This document shows positions 9,718 to 19,880 of a stretch of DNA of 64,000 nt, in pieces. Each line of letters begins with the position of its first letter. Within the stretch, counting starts at the first letter, position 1. The DNA is from Parcubacteria group bacterium M6-OD1-1. Its GTDB lineage: Bacteria > Patescibacteriota > Minisyncoccia > GWC2-36-17 > M10-OD1-4. Where the stretch lies: contig LSNK01000005.1 of assembly GCA_003056085.1 (NCBI GenBank), forward strand, positions 10,122 to 74,121, in the 5' to 3' direction. A model generated the notes under the pieces. The model was not told the DNA's origin, ran no database searches, and saw only the letters and a list, made by a program, of their open reading frames with translations. Made by a program: the position numbers and the translations under genes.

Positions 9718-9995
9718 TTTTTATTTTTTCGCTAAATTTAATTTATTCAAAAGTTTTAAATTTGAGTATAGGTCGTAGCCTCCCGTTTTATCCAAGAGCG
9801 CAGCGATTGGTTTTAAAACGCAGTGCTATTAGTATAAAAGTAAAAAGCGAAGGTGAAAATGTACTTATTAGTACGATGAACCAAGCGATGAACTTTTAGC
9901 AAGCTCCCTATTTGTTCAAATCTTTGATTTGATGACAAATAGCAGTACAGGAAGGCATTAGCTAAGTCGTAAGATATGCCAAATTTAAAACTTTT

Positions 9996-10526
9996 CTACT
10001 TTTTAAATTTTTCTTTATATAATTCAATCCCCTCCAAGATTACTTCTTTGGCTTCTTTCACACCTAAAATTGCCGTAACTTCAACTTTTTTATTTTGTAA
10101 ATCTTTATAATGTTCATAATAATGCTTCAATTCAGCTAAAATATGCTCTTCTATATCTGAAACATCTTTTATTCCGTTAAACCTTGGGTCCTCTGTCGGA
10201 ACCGCGATAATTTTATCGTCTTTGTCTCCGCCGTCTATCATCTTTACAACAGCAATAGGTCTTACCTCCACTAAAATCCCCGGCACAAGAGCATAAGTTG
10301 TCATAACTAAAACATCCAACGGGTCATCATCATGCCAATAAGTTTGCGGTAAAAACCCATAATCCATAGGTGAGAACATCGCAGAATAAAGCACTCTGTC
10401 CAACTTCATTAAACCCGTGTCTTTATCTATTTCATATTTATTGGAAGATCCTCTTGGGATCTCTATTATTGCGTTAAATTTTTCCGGGACATCTTGTCCT
10501 AAAGGAATATCATGCCAAAGATTCAT
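9996..10526 (-). CDS. ppa: inorganic pyrophosphatase (family I)
   Basis: 176 aa with the DGDPLDVLV and IAVP...DP motifs. Confidence 0.9.
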   Translation of the reverse strand: MNLWHDIPLGQDVPEKFNAIIEIPRGSSNKYEIDKDTGLMKLDRVLYSAMFSPMDYGFLPQTYWHDDDPLDVLVMTTYALVPGILVEVRPIAVVKMIDGGDKDDKIIAVPTEDPRFNGIKDVSDIEEHILAELKHYYEHYKDLQNKKVEVTAILGVKEAKEVILEGIELYKEKFKK

Positions 10527-10616
10527 ATTTATGAATTAAGAATTATGAATTAAAAATTATGAATATATTAAAAAATATTTAATCGCCTTATTTTTAATTC
10601 TTGATTCTTTAATTAA

Positions 10617-12023
10617 TTATTTTTCTTCTTTAGACTCTTTCACATCTTCAGTTTCCAATTCTTCTTTCGTTTTTTCATTAGCTGCACCCTCTTTTTCTTT
10701 ATCCTCATTTTCTAAAACTTCGTCAGAAGAATCCTCTAAATCTGATCCTTCCGTATTTTTCTCAGCATCTTCCGCACCAGTCTCTTTTGTTGTTTCCGAG
10801 TCATCATCTTTTTTTTCTGTTTCCTCTAAATTCTCTTGCTTATCTTCAGAAGAAATATCTTCGCTTTCTGGAGATTTAACATCTATTTTCCATCCTGTTA
10901 GTTTTGCCGCAAGTCTAACATTTTGCCCTCCCTTGCCTATTGCGAGAGAAAGCTGGTCGTTAGGAACTGTTACTGTAGCTTCTTTTTGCTCTTCATTTAT
11001 TTCAATATCAAGAACCTTAGCGGGAGACAGCGCATTTGAAATAAACTCTCCAGGATCTTCCGACCACTCCACTATATCTATTTTTTCCCTATTTAATTCA
11101 GAAATAATCGTATCAATTCTGCTTCCTTTTTGACCAACACATGAACCAATAGGATCAATTCCTTCCTGATCTGTAAAAACAGCTACTTTTGATCTTGCGC
11201 CGGCCTCTCTTGCTATTGATTTTATCTCCACAACACCGGAAGCAATTTCCGGTATTTCAAGTTCAAATAATTTAGCAATCATTTTTGGATGCGATCTTGA
11301 AACAGAAATAACAGGCCCCTTTGTGGTGGTTTCCACCTTAACTATATAAACTCTTAATCTTTCTCCTATTCTATAATGCTCTCCCGGAACCTGCTCCTCA
11401 GCATACATCATTCCTGTAGTCTTTCCTAAATCAACAATAATATTTCTTCCTTCAATTCTTTGAACCTGAACACTTATAATTTCCCCCTCTTTCTCTTTAA
11501 ATTCTGAAAGAACAACTTCCCTTTCAACCTCACGCAACCTCTGAACTATAACTTGTTTTGCGGTTTGTGCCGCTATTCTTCCAAAATCATCATGCGGCTC
11601 AAGAGGAAAAACAATTTCGTCATCAAGTTTAGCTCCTTTTTTTATCTTTTTGGCATCATCAATCATTATATGCCTATCCTCATTAAACCTGACTTTCCTT
11701 ATATAATTTTCATCCTCTTCTGATTTTCTTTTTTCTTCTTCTAAAAAAGACAACCTCTCCTCATCAGACATAGCCTCTTCTTTTGTGACCTCCTCTTCAG
11801 ATTTTACACGAGTTTCATCAACAACAGTTTTTATCTGAAAAACTTTTATTTGACCGGTTTCCGGATCAAGAGTGGATCTTATAATTTGGCTTTTTGTGCC
11901 GTAATCTTTTTTGTATGCAGCCGCTATGGCAATCTCTATTGTTTCTATAATCTTTTCTTTAGGAATGCCCTTTTCTTCAGCAATTTGATTTATAGCAACT
12001 AAAAATTGTTTTGTATCTATCAT
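10617..12023 (-). CDS. nusA: transcription termination/antitermination factor NusA with an acidic C-terminal tail
   Basis: N-terminal domain, S1, two KH domains (GKGGQNVRLAAKLTGWKIDV), long E/D-rich tail. Confidence 0.9.
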   Translation of the reverse strand: MIDTKQFLVAINQIAEEKGIPKEKIIETIEIAIAAAYKKDYGTKSQIIRSTLDPETGQIKVFQIKTVVDETRVKSEEEVTKEEAMSDEERLSFLEEEKRKSEEDENYIRKVRFNEDRHIMIDDAKKIKKGAKLDDEIVFPLEPHDDFGRIAAQTAKQVIVQRLREVEREVVLSEFKEKEGEIISVQVQRIEGRNIIVDLGKTTGMMYAEEQVPGEHYRIGERLRVYIVKVETTTKGPVISVSRSHPKMIAKLFELEIPEIASGVVEIKSIAREAGARSKVAVFTDQEGIDPIGSCVGQKGSRIDTIISELNREKIDIVEWSEDPGEFISNALSPAKVLDIEINEEQKEATVTVPNDQLSLAIGKGGQNVRLAAKLTGWKIDVKSPESEDISSEDKQENLEETEKKDDDSETTKETGAEDAEKNTEGSDLEDSSDEVLENEDKEKEGAANEKTKEELETEDVKESKEEK

Positions 12024-12261
12024 ATTAAATGTAGGGTTTAGCGATTAACAATTAGCGGTTAATAAAAACTAAACGCTCAGTGCTAAATGCTATACGCTTT
12101 TTACTATTAAAAATGCCCGCCACCCAATGACAGACATTAATCAAACTCTTAACTATTTTATGGTAATTTATTTTTTTATTCGTGTCAATACCTGTGCAAA
12201 AATTGACAAATTAGATTATATATGACATAGTTTTTACAAATTCCTTTTAGGAAATGCGATT

Positions 12262-12495
12262 ATGCGTCTGTCCAAAAAAACTTGTTTTAAAATTTTATTG
12301 CATAGTTTTTTCTCAGCAATACCTTGTGGATTTTTAGCGTTTGCCATTTCTTTTTTTTCTGCTGATTTCTTTTTTCTTGGTAATATTAATCTTCAAAAAA
12401 TATTTATAATTCTTGCCGTTTTCATGTCATTTATAACTATCTTTTTGATTGAAATATCCAATAAAAAGACATTTGTGAAAATGGGTTGGAATTAA
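12262..12495 (+). CDS. small hydrophobic ORF (77 aa), questionable
   Basis: ORF with two TM-like segments, followed by a good intrinsic terminator. No homology recognised. Confidence 0.25.
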   Translation: MRLSKKTCFKILLHSFFSAIPCGFLAFAISFFSADFFFLGNINLQKIFIILAVFMSFITIFLIEISNKKTFVKMGWN

Positions 12496-12522
12496 AGCTG
12501 TCAAAAAATCAATAACTCGGAA

Positions 12523-12553
12523 CGTCCTTGTACAACACAAGGACGCTTTTTTT
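12523..12553 (+). terminator. rho-independent terminator
   Basis: cgtccttg-tacaaca-caaggacg followed by cttttttt. Confidence 0.6.
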
Positions 12554-12634
12554 ATTTTATACATCTTTAAACATATTTCCCATTTCCCAAATATATTTCC
12601 CTTTGTCTTTTCACATAAAATTAGGTAAATAAAA

Positions 12635-12722
12635 GCTTATCCAGCTAATAAGGAAAAAATGTGGATATTTATTTCCCTTTTATTTCCTTATTATTTCCCT
12701 ATTACTTCACATTTTATCCACA
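12635..12722. promoter_or_regulatory. cluster of DnaA-box-like 9-mers upstream of yraN
   Basis: TTATCCAGC (12636-12644), TGTGGATAT (12660-12668) and a perfect TTATCCACA (12714-12722), interleaved with TTTCCTTATT repeats. Confidence 0.35.
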
Positions 12723-12836
12723 GGTCTGAGATTGTGTATTATATTAGATATTAATGCTATTATTTTACTATAAAATTTAATTTCCTTATTCTTAATATCA
12801 AGTTTATAATTTCCTTATTATTAATATTAAACTTTA

Positions 12837-13202
12837 ATGCTTACTCAAAAAAGAAAATTTGGAGACATAGGAGAAAAAATAGCTTCTAAATACTTAAAAG
12901 AGAACGGTTATCTCATAATAAAGAGAAATTACCAAGTTAAGTTTGGGGAAATTGATATTATAGCAAAAAAAGATAAGGAAATTACTTTTGTAGAAGTAAA
13001 AACATCTAATAATATCTCTTTAATACGCCCTGAAGAAAATCTAACAAGATCAAAAATCGAAAAATTGAGCAAAACTATTGAAATATACCTCTCCTCTAAT
13101 GTAATACCCGAAACATACACATGGAGATTGGATTTAATATCCATAAAACTCAATAAAGAAACAGGTAAGGCCATCTTAGAACACTTTAAGAATATATATT
13201 AA
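12837..13202 (+). CDS. yraN: YraN/UPF0102 family endonuclease
   Basis: 121 aa, GE.IA..YL...G, GEIDIIA and VEVK motifs. Confidence 0.8.
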   Translation: MLTQKRKFGDIGEKIASKYLKENGYLIIKRNYQVKFGEIDIIAKKDKEITFVEVKTSNNISLIRPEENLTRSKIEKLSKTIEIYLSSNVIPETYTWRLDLISIKLNKETGKAILEHFKNIY

Positions 13203-13309
13203 AAGTCATAAGCAGCAAACTATAAAATTTAAGTTATTTAATACTTTTTGATAAACTATTAATTATTTTACCAATTTCTATAGCTTTATTAGTTAGTTCT
13301 TCACTCTTT

Positions 13310-13345
13310 CTTGTTCAGATATAAATTAATTTATATCTGAACAAG
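13310..13345. repeat. perfect 36-nt palindrome between the yraN and cca ends
   Basis: cttgttcagatataaatt | aatttatatctgaacaag. Confidence 0.45.
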
Positions 13346-13530
13346 AAATCCTGCTTTAATTCTTTTAAGAGAAGTGCTCGCCATAACTAAAAAATCTTTT
13401 CTATTTCTTGAATCTTGCGCTTACTATTTCCCTATCATGCTCTCTGTCATAGAAATAAACGCCTTACAACTCATGATTTTAAGCTTACAAATAACACCTG
13501 CGTAATACCCGAAACACTTTTTTTTTAAAA

Positions 13531-13569
13531 AATAGCTTTAAATTATGAAATTCATAATTTAAAGCTATT
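13531..13569. terminator. perfect 19-bp AT-rich palindrome immediately after the cca stop
   Basis: aatagctttaaattatgaa | attcataatttaaagctatt. Confidence 0.4.
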
Positions 13570-13571
13570 AA

Positions 13572-15035
13572 TTAGACCTTAAATTTTCTTTTTTCTTCTT
13601 TTTCAATAATTTTTATCTGTTCTTCAGACTTTTTAACCATTGACGCAAGCTCACTTATTGAAAAATCATTTAGTTTCTTCACTTTTTTTTCTAAATATTC
13701 TTTTTTGTTTCTATTAGGATCATCTAAAACCTCAGAAAGCAACGCGTTTAACAGCAACCCTACTTTTGGTCCCGGCTTTATATTTAAAAGCTTTATCACC
13801 TCATCACCCTTTATTTTAAGCATTTTTACAGAAACCGGGTCTTTTGAGACCTTATTTACCATATATCTAAAATGCCTCAACTTATACGGCTCTGCTTTAG
13901 GAGTTCCTGAACCTATTCTATCCGCAAACCTAACCTTAATTAAATCCTCAATATTTTCCAAACCGACCTTAACAACAAGCCTTCTTACTGAAGAATCTGT
14001 AACTTCTCCAACATTATAGTAAAAAAGATGATATTTAACTAATAAGGAAATTTTGTCAATTTCCTTATTAGAGAATTTCAATCTTTTCATTATTTTTTTA
14101 GTAATTTTAGCACCAACTATATCGTGGTTATAAAAAGTTGCATTATACCCTTTTCCTCTTTTTGTTTGAGGTTTTGCAACATCATGAAATAGAGCGCTTA
14201 GTCTTACTTCTAAAGAATATTTTTGATCTGCTGTATACTGCAAAGCTCTTGTATTATGCTCATAAACATCGTAGATATGGTGTTTATTCTGTTCAACCCC
14301 CACTCCGGCTAATGTTTCGGGCATCACATAGTTAAGAATGTTAAGCTTAACCATAAGATCAAACCCATACTTTGGATGATCTGAAAGTACAATTTTAATA
14401 AGCTCATCTCTTATTCTTTCTTTTGAAATATAATCAATATTTCCTGATAATTTCCTTATTATTTTTTCCGTTTCCCCTTCAATAGGGAAATCCAGCTGTG
14501 ATGCAAATCTTACAGCCCTCATAAGTCTTAGGGCATCTTCTTTAAATCTTTCTTCAGGATCACCAACAGCTCGGATAAGTTTTTCTTTTAAGTCTCTTTG
14601 ACCACCAAATAAGTCAATTATTTTGCCATCAGCTCCTAAAGCCATAGCATTTATGGTAAAATCACGCCTTTTTAAGTCCTCTTTTAGACTTTTTGTATAT
14701 TTTACAGAATCGGGGTGCCTCTTATCTGAATACTTCTGATCAACTCTATAAGTAGTTATTTCCATTTGAAATAAATCAACAAAGACTGTAACTGTTCCAA
14801 ATTTATTTTCATAAAAATTTTTAGGAAATATTTTTTGAATTTCTTCCGGCAATGCGCTTGTGGCAATATCCCAATCTTTTGGTTCCTTATTAATAAGGAA
14901 ATCGCGAACACAACCGCCGACAGCATAAGCTTCAAATCCCGATTTTTTTAATTCATTTATTGCAAAAATAACTTCTTTTGGCAATTTCATTGTTTTTGTA
15001 TTAATTAATAAAATATAGCAAATATTTGCTTTCAA
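13572..15035 (-). CDS. cca: CCA tRNA nucleotidyltransferase / poly(A) polymerase family with HD domain
   Basis: GGCVRDFL...DWDIAT Pol-beta NTase head, RDFTINAMA, HD motif (HDVAKP), 487 aa. Confidence 0.85.
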   Translation of the reverse strand: MKANICYILLINTKTMKLPKEVIFAINELKKSGFEAYAVGGCVRDFLINKEPKDWDIATSALPEEIQKIFPKNFYENKFGTVTVFVDLFQMEITTYRVDQKYSDKRHPDSVKYTKSLKEDLKRRDFTINAMALGADGKIIDLFGGQRDLKEKLIRAVGDPEERFKEDALRLMRAVRFASQLDFPIEGETEKIIRKLSGNIDYISKERIRDELIKIVLSDHPKYGFDLMVKLNILNYVMPETLAGVGVEQNKHHIYDVYEHNTRALQYTADQKYSLEVRLSALFHDVAKPQTKRGKGYNATFYNHDIVGAKITKKIMKRLKFSNKEIDKISLLVKYHLFYYNVGEVTDSSVRRLVVKVGLENIEDLIKVRFADRIGSGTPKAEPYKLRHFRYMVNKVSKDPVSVKMLKIKGDEVIKLLNIKPGPKVGLLLNALLSEVLDDPNRNKKEYLEKKVKKLNDFSISELASMVKKSEEQIKIIEKEEKRKFKV

Positions 15036-15083
15036 AACAAATCTGTTGTAATTTTATATAGTAATATTGCTAATAATTCTTAA

Positions 15084-15155
15084 GCCTTTGTAGTTTAATG
15101 GATAGAACGCAGCTTTGCGGAAGCTGTAATCGAGGTCCGATTCCTCGCAAAGGCA
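15084..15155 (+). tRNA. tRNA with anticodon GCG as folded (tRNA-Arg)
   Basis: Manual cloverleaf. Acceptor GCCTTTG/CAAAGGC, D-stem GTTT/GAAC, anticodon stem CAGCT/AGCTG, loop TTGCGGA, T-arm CGAGG-TCCGATT-CCTCG, discriminator A. Confidence 0.7.
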
Positions 15156-15224
15156 CAAAATTAAATTTTCCTTTACTGTGAAATTATATAAATATATTTA
15201 ACAATAATTTTATAACTTTGTCAA

Positions 15225-16418
15225 ATGATTTTTTTAAAAAGAGAGCACCCTAAAAAACTAAAAATAACCACCCGACTAACTTTTGTTTTTTTATTTTTTA
15301 CTTTAGGTTATGCCATGATGGAGAGTTTTTTCTCTATTTATATGGTGCAAATTTATGATTTAAGCAAGTCAGAAATTGGATACATAGCCTCTCTTGCTAT
15401 GTTTTTTGCTCTTTTAATTTCGTTTTTTTTCAGCGTTACTTTGGAAAGATTTCATGAAAAAAAACTTCTTTATTTATCAATGGCGTCTCTTGTTGTTTTG
15501 TATTCTTTTTTAGCATTTAATAAATCTGTAATTTTGTTGATTATTATTTTTGTTTTGATAAGAGTTTTTCAGGCTGTAAGAACAAATTCCTTGGGAATAT
15601 TGTATAGGGATAATTCTAAAGACAAGGAACTTAATAAAAATGAGGGTTTTTTATATGCTGTCTATAATTTAGCTTGGTTCTTAGCGCCAATATTAGCAGG
15701 GTTTTTTCTGCTGAAATATGAAATTCAAAATCTTTTTTTATTTGGAAGCTCTTTTCTTTTAGCAGGATTTTTATATTATTCAATTTTGGATGTCAAGGAC
15801 GGCAATCATAAAACAAAACGAAATGAAAAAACCGCTTTAAAAGAAATGCTTCTTAATATCAAAAGTTTTTTTTCCAATACTCTTTATGTTAAATCTTACT
15901 TAATAGTTTCTGGGATTTATATTTGGTGGGGAGTTGTCTATATTTTTACGCCTCTTGAAATTATTGAAAATAATTTAGGAGACTCTGCTGTTGCTGTTTT
16001 TATGGCTCTTGTGCTTCTTCCTGTTGTTTTGTCAGAATACAAAACAGCCCTTTTAGTAGAAAAATTGGGCTTTAAAAAGACTTTTTTTATTGGCTATATT
16101 ATAATAATTTTGGCAACGGCAATGGCATTTTTTCTTGATGATATACATTTAAAATTAACAGCCTTAATAATCGGCGCCTTTGGAACTGCATTTATAGAAC
16201 CCCTAAAAGATATATTATTTTTTAAAAATACAGATGGGGAAGACGAAGAAAAACACTATTCTATTTTTAACAGCTCAGCTATGTTTGGATCACTGGTTGG
16301 CGGATTAATATTTGGGAGTTTCTTTTATTTTGTTTCAAGTATATCGTATGCTTACCTTTTATTGGCTGCAATTATGGCATTATTTTTGATTCCTATTTTT
16401 AAGTTAAAAAATATATAA
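15225..16418 (+). CDS. major facilitator superfamily transporter
   Basis: About 12 predicted TM helices arranged as two halves. Confidence 0.65.
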   Translation: MIFLKREHPKKLKITTRLTFVFLFFTLGYAMMESFFSIYMVQIYDLSKSEIGYIASLAMFFALLISFFFSVTLERFHEKKLLYLSMASLVVLYSFLAFNKSVILLIIIFVLIRVFQAVRTNSLGILYRDNSKDKELNKNEGFLYAVYNLAWFLAPILAGFFLLKYEIQNLFLFGSSFLLAGFLYYSILDVKDGNHKTKRNEKTALKEMLLNIKSFFSNTLYVKSYLIVSGIYIWWGVVYIFTPLEIIENNLGDSAVAVFMALVLLPVVLSEYKTALLVEKLGFKKTFFIGYIIIILATAMAFFLDDIHLKLTALIIGAFGTAFIEPLKDILFFKNTDGEDEEKHYSIFNSSAMFGSLVGGLIFGSFFYFVSSISYAYLLLAAIMALFLIPIFKLKNI

Positions 16419-16577
16419 AACTTCATATAATTCTATTTTTTTATAAAAATACCCTTTTTTATACATCTATAAAAATATTTAGGCATTGGATGCGAGGATT
16501 GCTCTGTCTCTTGCTTTTTTTTTGATTATGTGATATTGTAAGTAAACTTTAATAAATATAAAGAGATACAAATAACT

Positions 16578-16844
16578 ATGATGACACCGGAAAAAAAAGC
16601 AGAAACAATCAAAAAACTAAGAGTACATAAAAATGATACGGGTTCTCCGGAAGCGCAAATAGCGCTTTTTTCAGAAAGGATAACTGAGCTGACAGACCAT
16701 CTTAAAAAACACCCAAAAGACAACCACTCAAGAAGGGGACTTATAAAAATGGTAACCAAAAGAAAAAGCTTACTTAACTACTTAGGAAGAAAAAACGAAA
16801 AGAGACACGCTTCTTTGGTTAAAAAACTCGGTTTAAGAAAATAA
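16578..16844 (+). CDS. rpsO: 30S ribosomal protein S15
   Basis: 88 aa with the conserved HLK.HPKD.HSRRGL..MV..R..LL.YL. Confidence 0.9.
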   Translation: MMTPEKKAETIKKLRVHKNDTGSPEAQIALFSERITELTDHLKKHPKDNHSRRGLIKMVTKRKSLLNYLGRKNEKRHASLVKKLGLRK

Positions 16845-16856
16845 AGGATTTGTTTA

Positions 16857-16894
16857 AAATTACAATCTTAAGTTATAAGATTGTAATTTTAATA
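16857..16894 (+). terminator. rho-independent terminator after rpsO
   Basis: aattacaatctta-agtta-taagattgtaatt stem followed by T-rich sequence. Confidence 0.55.
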
Positions 16895-16972
16895 ATAAAT
16901 CTTTCTATCTTTGAAATTTATTATTTTTAATTTTCTATTGTAATTTTGCACTCTGCATTTTACACTTTTATT

Positions 16973-17494
16973 ATGCCAGTTATAAAACATCCTAATCAAA
17001 GAGTCGGTATATTCTTAGACGTTCAAAACCTATACCACTCAGCAAAAAACCTTTATAAAGCAAAGGTTAATTTTAAAGAGGTATTAAAAACAGCAACTGC
17101 AAACAGACAACTTGTCCGCGCCATTGGTTATGTAATATCTACAGAATCCGGAGAAGAAAAAACATTTTTTGAAGCTTTAACAAAATTAGGAATAGAAACA
17201 AAAGAAAAAGAACTGCAAATATTTTTTGGAGGAGCTAAAAAGGCAGATTGGGATGTAGCAATAGCGGTTGATTCGCTAAGATTAGCTCCATCTTTGGATA
17301 CAGTGGTGCTTTGTTCCGGCGATGGCGATTTTATACCTCTTGTTCAACAACTTCAAAGCATGGGGAAACAAGTTGAAGTGATAGCATTTTCAAAAAGCGC
17401 ATCATCTAAACTGCAGGAAACTTGCGATGATTTCGTTGATCTTTGCGATGATCCGGGAAAATATCTTTTAGGAAAAGGAAGGAAGAAAAAATAA
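16973..17494 (+). CDS. NYN/LabA-like domain protein (PIN-like RNase fold)
   Basis: VGIFLDVQNLYHSAK...GYVI....DWDVAIAVD...VVLCSGDGDFIPLV signature. Inserted between rpsO and pnp. Start probably at the ATG at 16973. Confidence 0.7.
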   Translation: MPVIKHPNQRVGIFLDVQNLYHSAKNLYKAKVNFKEVLKTATANRQLVRAIGYVISTESGEEKTFFEALTKLGIETKEKELQIFFGGAKKADWDVAIAVDSLRLAPSLDTVVLCSGDGDFIPLVQQLQSMGKQVEVIAFSKSASSKLQETCDDFVDLCDDPGKYLLGKGRKKK

Positions 17495-17626
17495 TTATTT
17501 ATTATAATTTAAAACATAATTAATATCGTTTAAATTTGATATCTAAATATGTAGGCTAACTTTTTACTTAAATTTTAAAAAGCAGTCTAAAATTTGGGTG
17601 TCAGAAAAAAACGATTATTTAAAATA

Positions 17627-19714
17627 ATGGAGACACAAAAATTCTCTATAAAATTAGGAGATAAAACCCTTACAGTGCAAAAAAATATAATGGCAGAACA
17701 GGCAAACGGCGCTGTTTTGGTAAGTTGCGGTGAAACAACAGTTTTATGCACCGCTGTTATGGGAAGACACGCTTCAAACTTGCCTTATTTCCCACTTAAC
17801 GTTGAATATCAAGAGAAGTACTATGCCGGAGGGAAAATCCCCGGTGGGTTTTTAAAGAGAGAGGGAAGGTCATCTGACGCTGCCATCTTAAAATCAAGAA
17901 TTATAGACAGATGTCTGAGACCTCTTTTTGATCATGACATAAAAAACAGCCTTCAAATTATAGCATCCGTACTTTCTATAGATTTTGAAAATGATGCTGA
18001 TATATTGGCTGTCAATGGCGCTTCTATAGCTTTATCTATTTCAGATATTCCTTTTTTAGGTCCAATCGGAGCGGTAAGAATTGGAAGAATAAATGGAGAT
18101 TTTGTTGTTAACCCAACAGAAAAAGAAAGAGAAGAATCTGACTTGGACCTTGTTGTTGCAGGAACGAAAGACAAAATAAATATGGTTGAGGCTGGAGCCA
18201 ATGAAGTTCCTGAAGCTGACATCGTAAAAGCATTTGAATTTGCTCAAGAAGAAATAACAAAAATAGTAGAGTTTCAGGAGAAAATTGTAAAGGAGATTGG
18301 CAAAGAAAAACAAGATTTAAAACTCCAAAAACCGACTGAAGAATTTATCTTGGAAGTTAAAAGTCAGATTTCAGAAAAATTAGAGGAATTTCTTTACAAC
18401 CCGGACAAAGCATCAAGAATGCACGAGTTAAACGACATTAAAAATGAACTTTTTGAGTACATTGAAAAAAAATATCCGGAAAATCCGGAATTTAAAGATA
18501 TGGCAGATGGACTATTTGAAGATGAAATTGACCATGTAACACATCAAAATATTCTTAAAAAAGGCAAGAGGTCAGACGGAAGAAAACCGGAAGACCTAAG
18601 AGAACTATCAACAGAAGCTGGACTAATTCCAAGAGTTCATGGTTCAGGATTTTTCAAAAGAGGACAAACTCAAGCCTTAACGCTATTAACTTTAGGAGAC
18701 CCTGCAAGCGGACAAATAATAGATGCAATGGATCGTGATTACAAGAAAAAATTTATACACCATTATAATTTCCCTCCATTTTCTGTTGGAGAAGCAGGTC
18801 CGTTAAGAGGTCCAAGCAGAAGAGACATAGGACATGGGTCATTGGCAGAAAGAGCTTTAACACCCATCATCCCAAGCCAAGAAGACTTTCCTTACACAAT
18901 AAGATTAGTTTCTGAAATATTGTCTTCAAACGGATCCTCATCTATGGCATCTGTTTGCGGATCTTCTCTTGCGCTTATGGACGGTGGAGTGCCTATCAAA
19001 AAAATAGCCGCAGGCATCGCTATGGGGCTTATGATGGACAAAGAAAGCGGGGAATATGTAGTTTTAACAGACATTCAAGGTCCGGAAGATCATCATGGAG
19101 ATATGGATTTTAAAGCTGCAGGAACCGACGCCGGCATAACCGCTCTTCAAATGGATGTAAAAATAGACGGAGTTACCGTAACGATGCTAAAAGACACACT
19201 AAAACAAGCAAAGGAAGCAAGAGAAAAAATAATAGAAAGCATTAAAAAGGCAATCTCAGAACCAAGAAAAACACTTTCAAAATACGCTCCTAAAATTGAG
19301 GTTATAAACATAGATCCAAGCAAAATAGGTAAGATTATAGGAAGCGGAGGAAAAACAATAAACGGCATAATAGAAGAAACCGGAGCCGGCATAAGCATAG
19401 AAGATGATGGATCGGTATTTATAAGCTCTCAAGAAGCGGAAGCTATCGCAAAAGCCAAAGCAATCATTGAAGGACTAACAAAAGAACCTAAAGCAGGTGA
19501 AATATACGAAGGAAAAGTAACAAAAACAACAGATTTTGGGGCTTTTGTTGAAATTCTTCCGGGAATAGAAGGCTTGCTTCATATATCTAATATCAAAAAA
19601 GAAAGAGTCACTAAAGTAGAAGATGTTATAAAAAGAGGTGACATAATAAAGGTAAAAGTAATGAATGTGGAAGACACCGGAAAAATGCAACTCTCTATGA
19701 AAGATGTATCTTAA
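17627..19714 (+). CDS. pnp: polynucleotide phosphorylase
   Basis: Two RNase PH domains, KH (IGKIIGSGGKTI) and S1 domains. The ORF-track start at 17594 is probably extended. METQKFSI at 17627 fits PNPase N-termini. Confidence 0.95.
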   Translation: METQKFSIKLGDKTLTVQKNIMAEQANGAVLVSCGETTVLCTAVMGRHASNLPYFPLNVEYQEKYYAGGKIPGGFLKREGRSSDAAILKSRIIDRCLRPLFDHDIKNSLQIIASVLSIDFENDADILAVNGASIALSISDIPFLGPIGAVRIGRINGDFVVNPTEKEREESDLDLVVAGTKDKINMVEAGANEVPEADIVKAFEFAQEEITKIVEFQEKIVKEIGKEKQDLKLQKPTEEFILEVKSQISEKLEEFLYNPDKASRMHELNDIKNELFEYIEKKYPENPEFKDMADGLFEDEIDHVTHQNILKKGKRSDGRKPEDLRELSTEAGLIPRVHGSGFFKRGQTQALTLLTLGDPASGQIIDAMDRDYKKKFIHHYNFPPFSVGEAGPLRGPSRRDIGHGSLAERALTPIIPSQEDFPYTIRLVSEILSSNGSSSMASVCGSSLALMDGGVPIKKIAAGIAMGLMMDKESGEYVVLTDIQGPEDHHGDMDFKAAGTDAGITALQMDVKIDGVTVTMLKDTLKQAKEAREKIIESIKKAISEPRKTLSKYAPKIEVINIDPSKIGKIIGSGGKTINGIIEETGAGISIEDDGSVFISSQEAEAIAKAKAIIEGLTKEPKAGEIYEGKVTKTTDFGAFVEILPGIEGLLHISNIKKERVTKVEDVIKRGDIIKVKVMNVEDTGKMQLSMKDVS

Positions 19715-19737
19715 TTTTAGATTTGCAATTTAAATTT

Positions 19738-19782
19738 TAAAACTCCTCGGAGAGCCCAGCTTTCCGAGGAGTTTTCTTTATT
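19738..19782 (+). terminator. rho-independent terminator after pnp
   Basis: aaaactcctcgga...tccgaggagtttt stem followed by ctttatttt. Confidence 0.7.
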
Positions 19783-19880
19783 TTAAAATTTTCTATTTTC
19801 AATCCAAATATCCACACTTTTGATTGTCGTTATTATAAATATAAAGTATAATAATAATATCAACTATTAAGCTACTAAAT

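Noticed and set aside
9718-9995. The 280-nt ppa-tig spacer with GC-rich hairpins, considered as SRP RNA, 6S RNA or tmRNA.
   Set aside because: No GGAA-tetraloop/AGCAGCC domain IV motif, no tRNA-like 3' end, no RNase P P4 sequences. It may be an sRNA or UTR, but it cannot be classified from sequence alone.
12560-12830. CRISPR array suspected from short TTTCC-containing repeats.
   Set aside because: Repeats are about 10 nt, irregularly spaced, with no constant repeat-spacer periodicity. No cas genes anywhere in the window.
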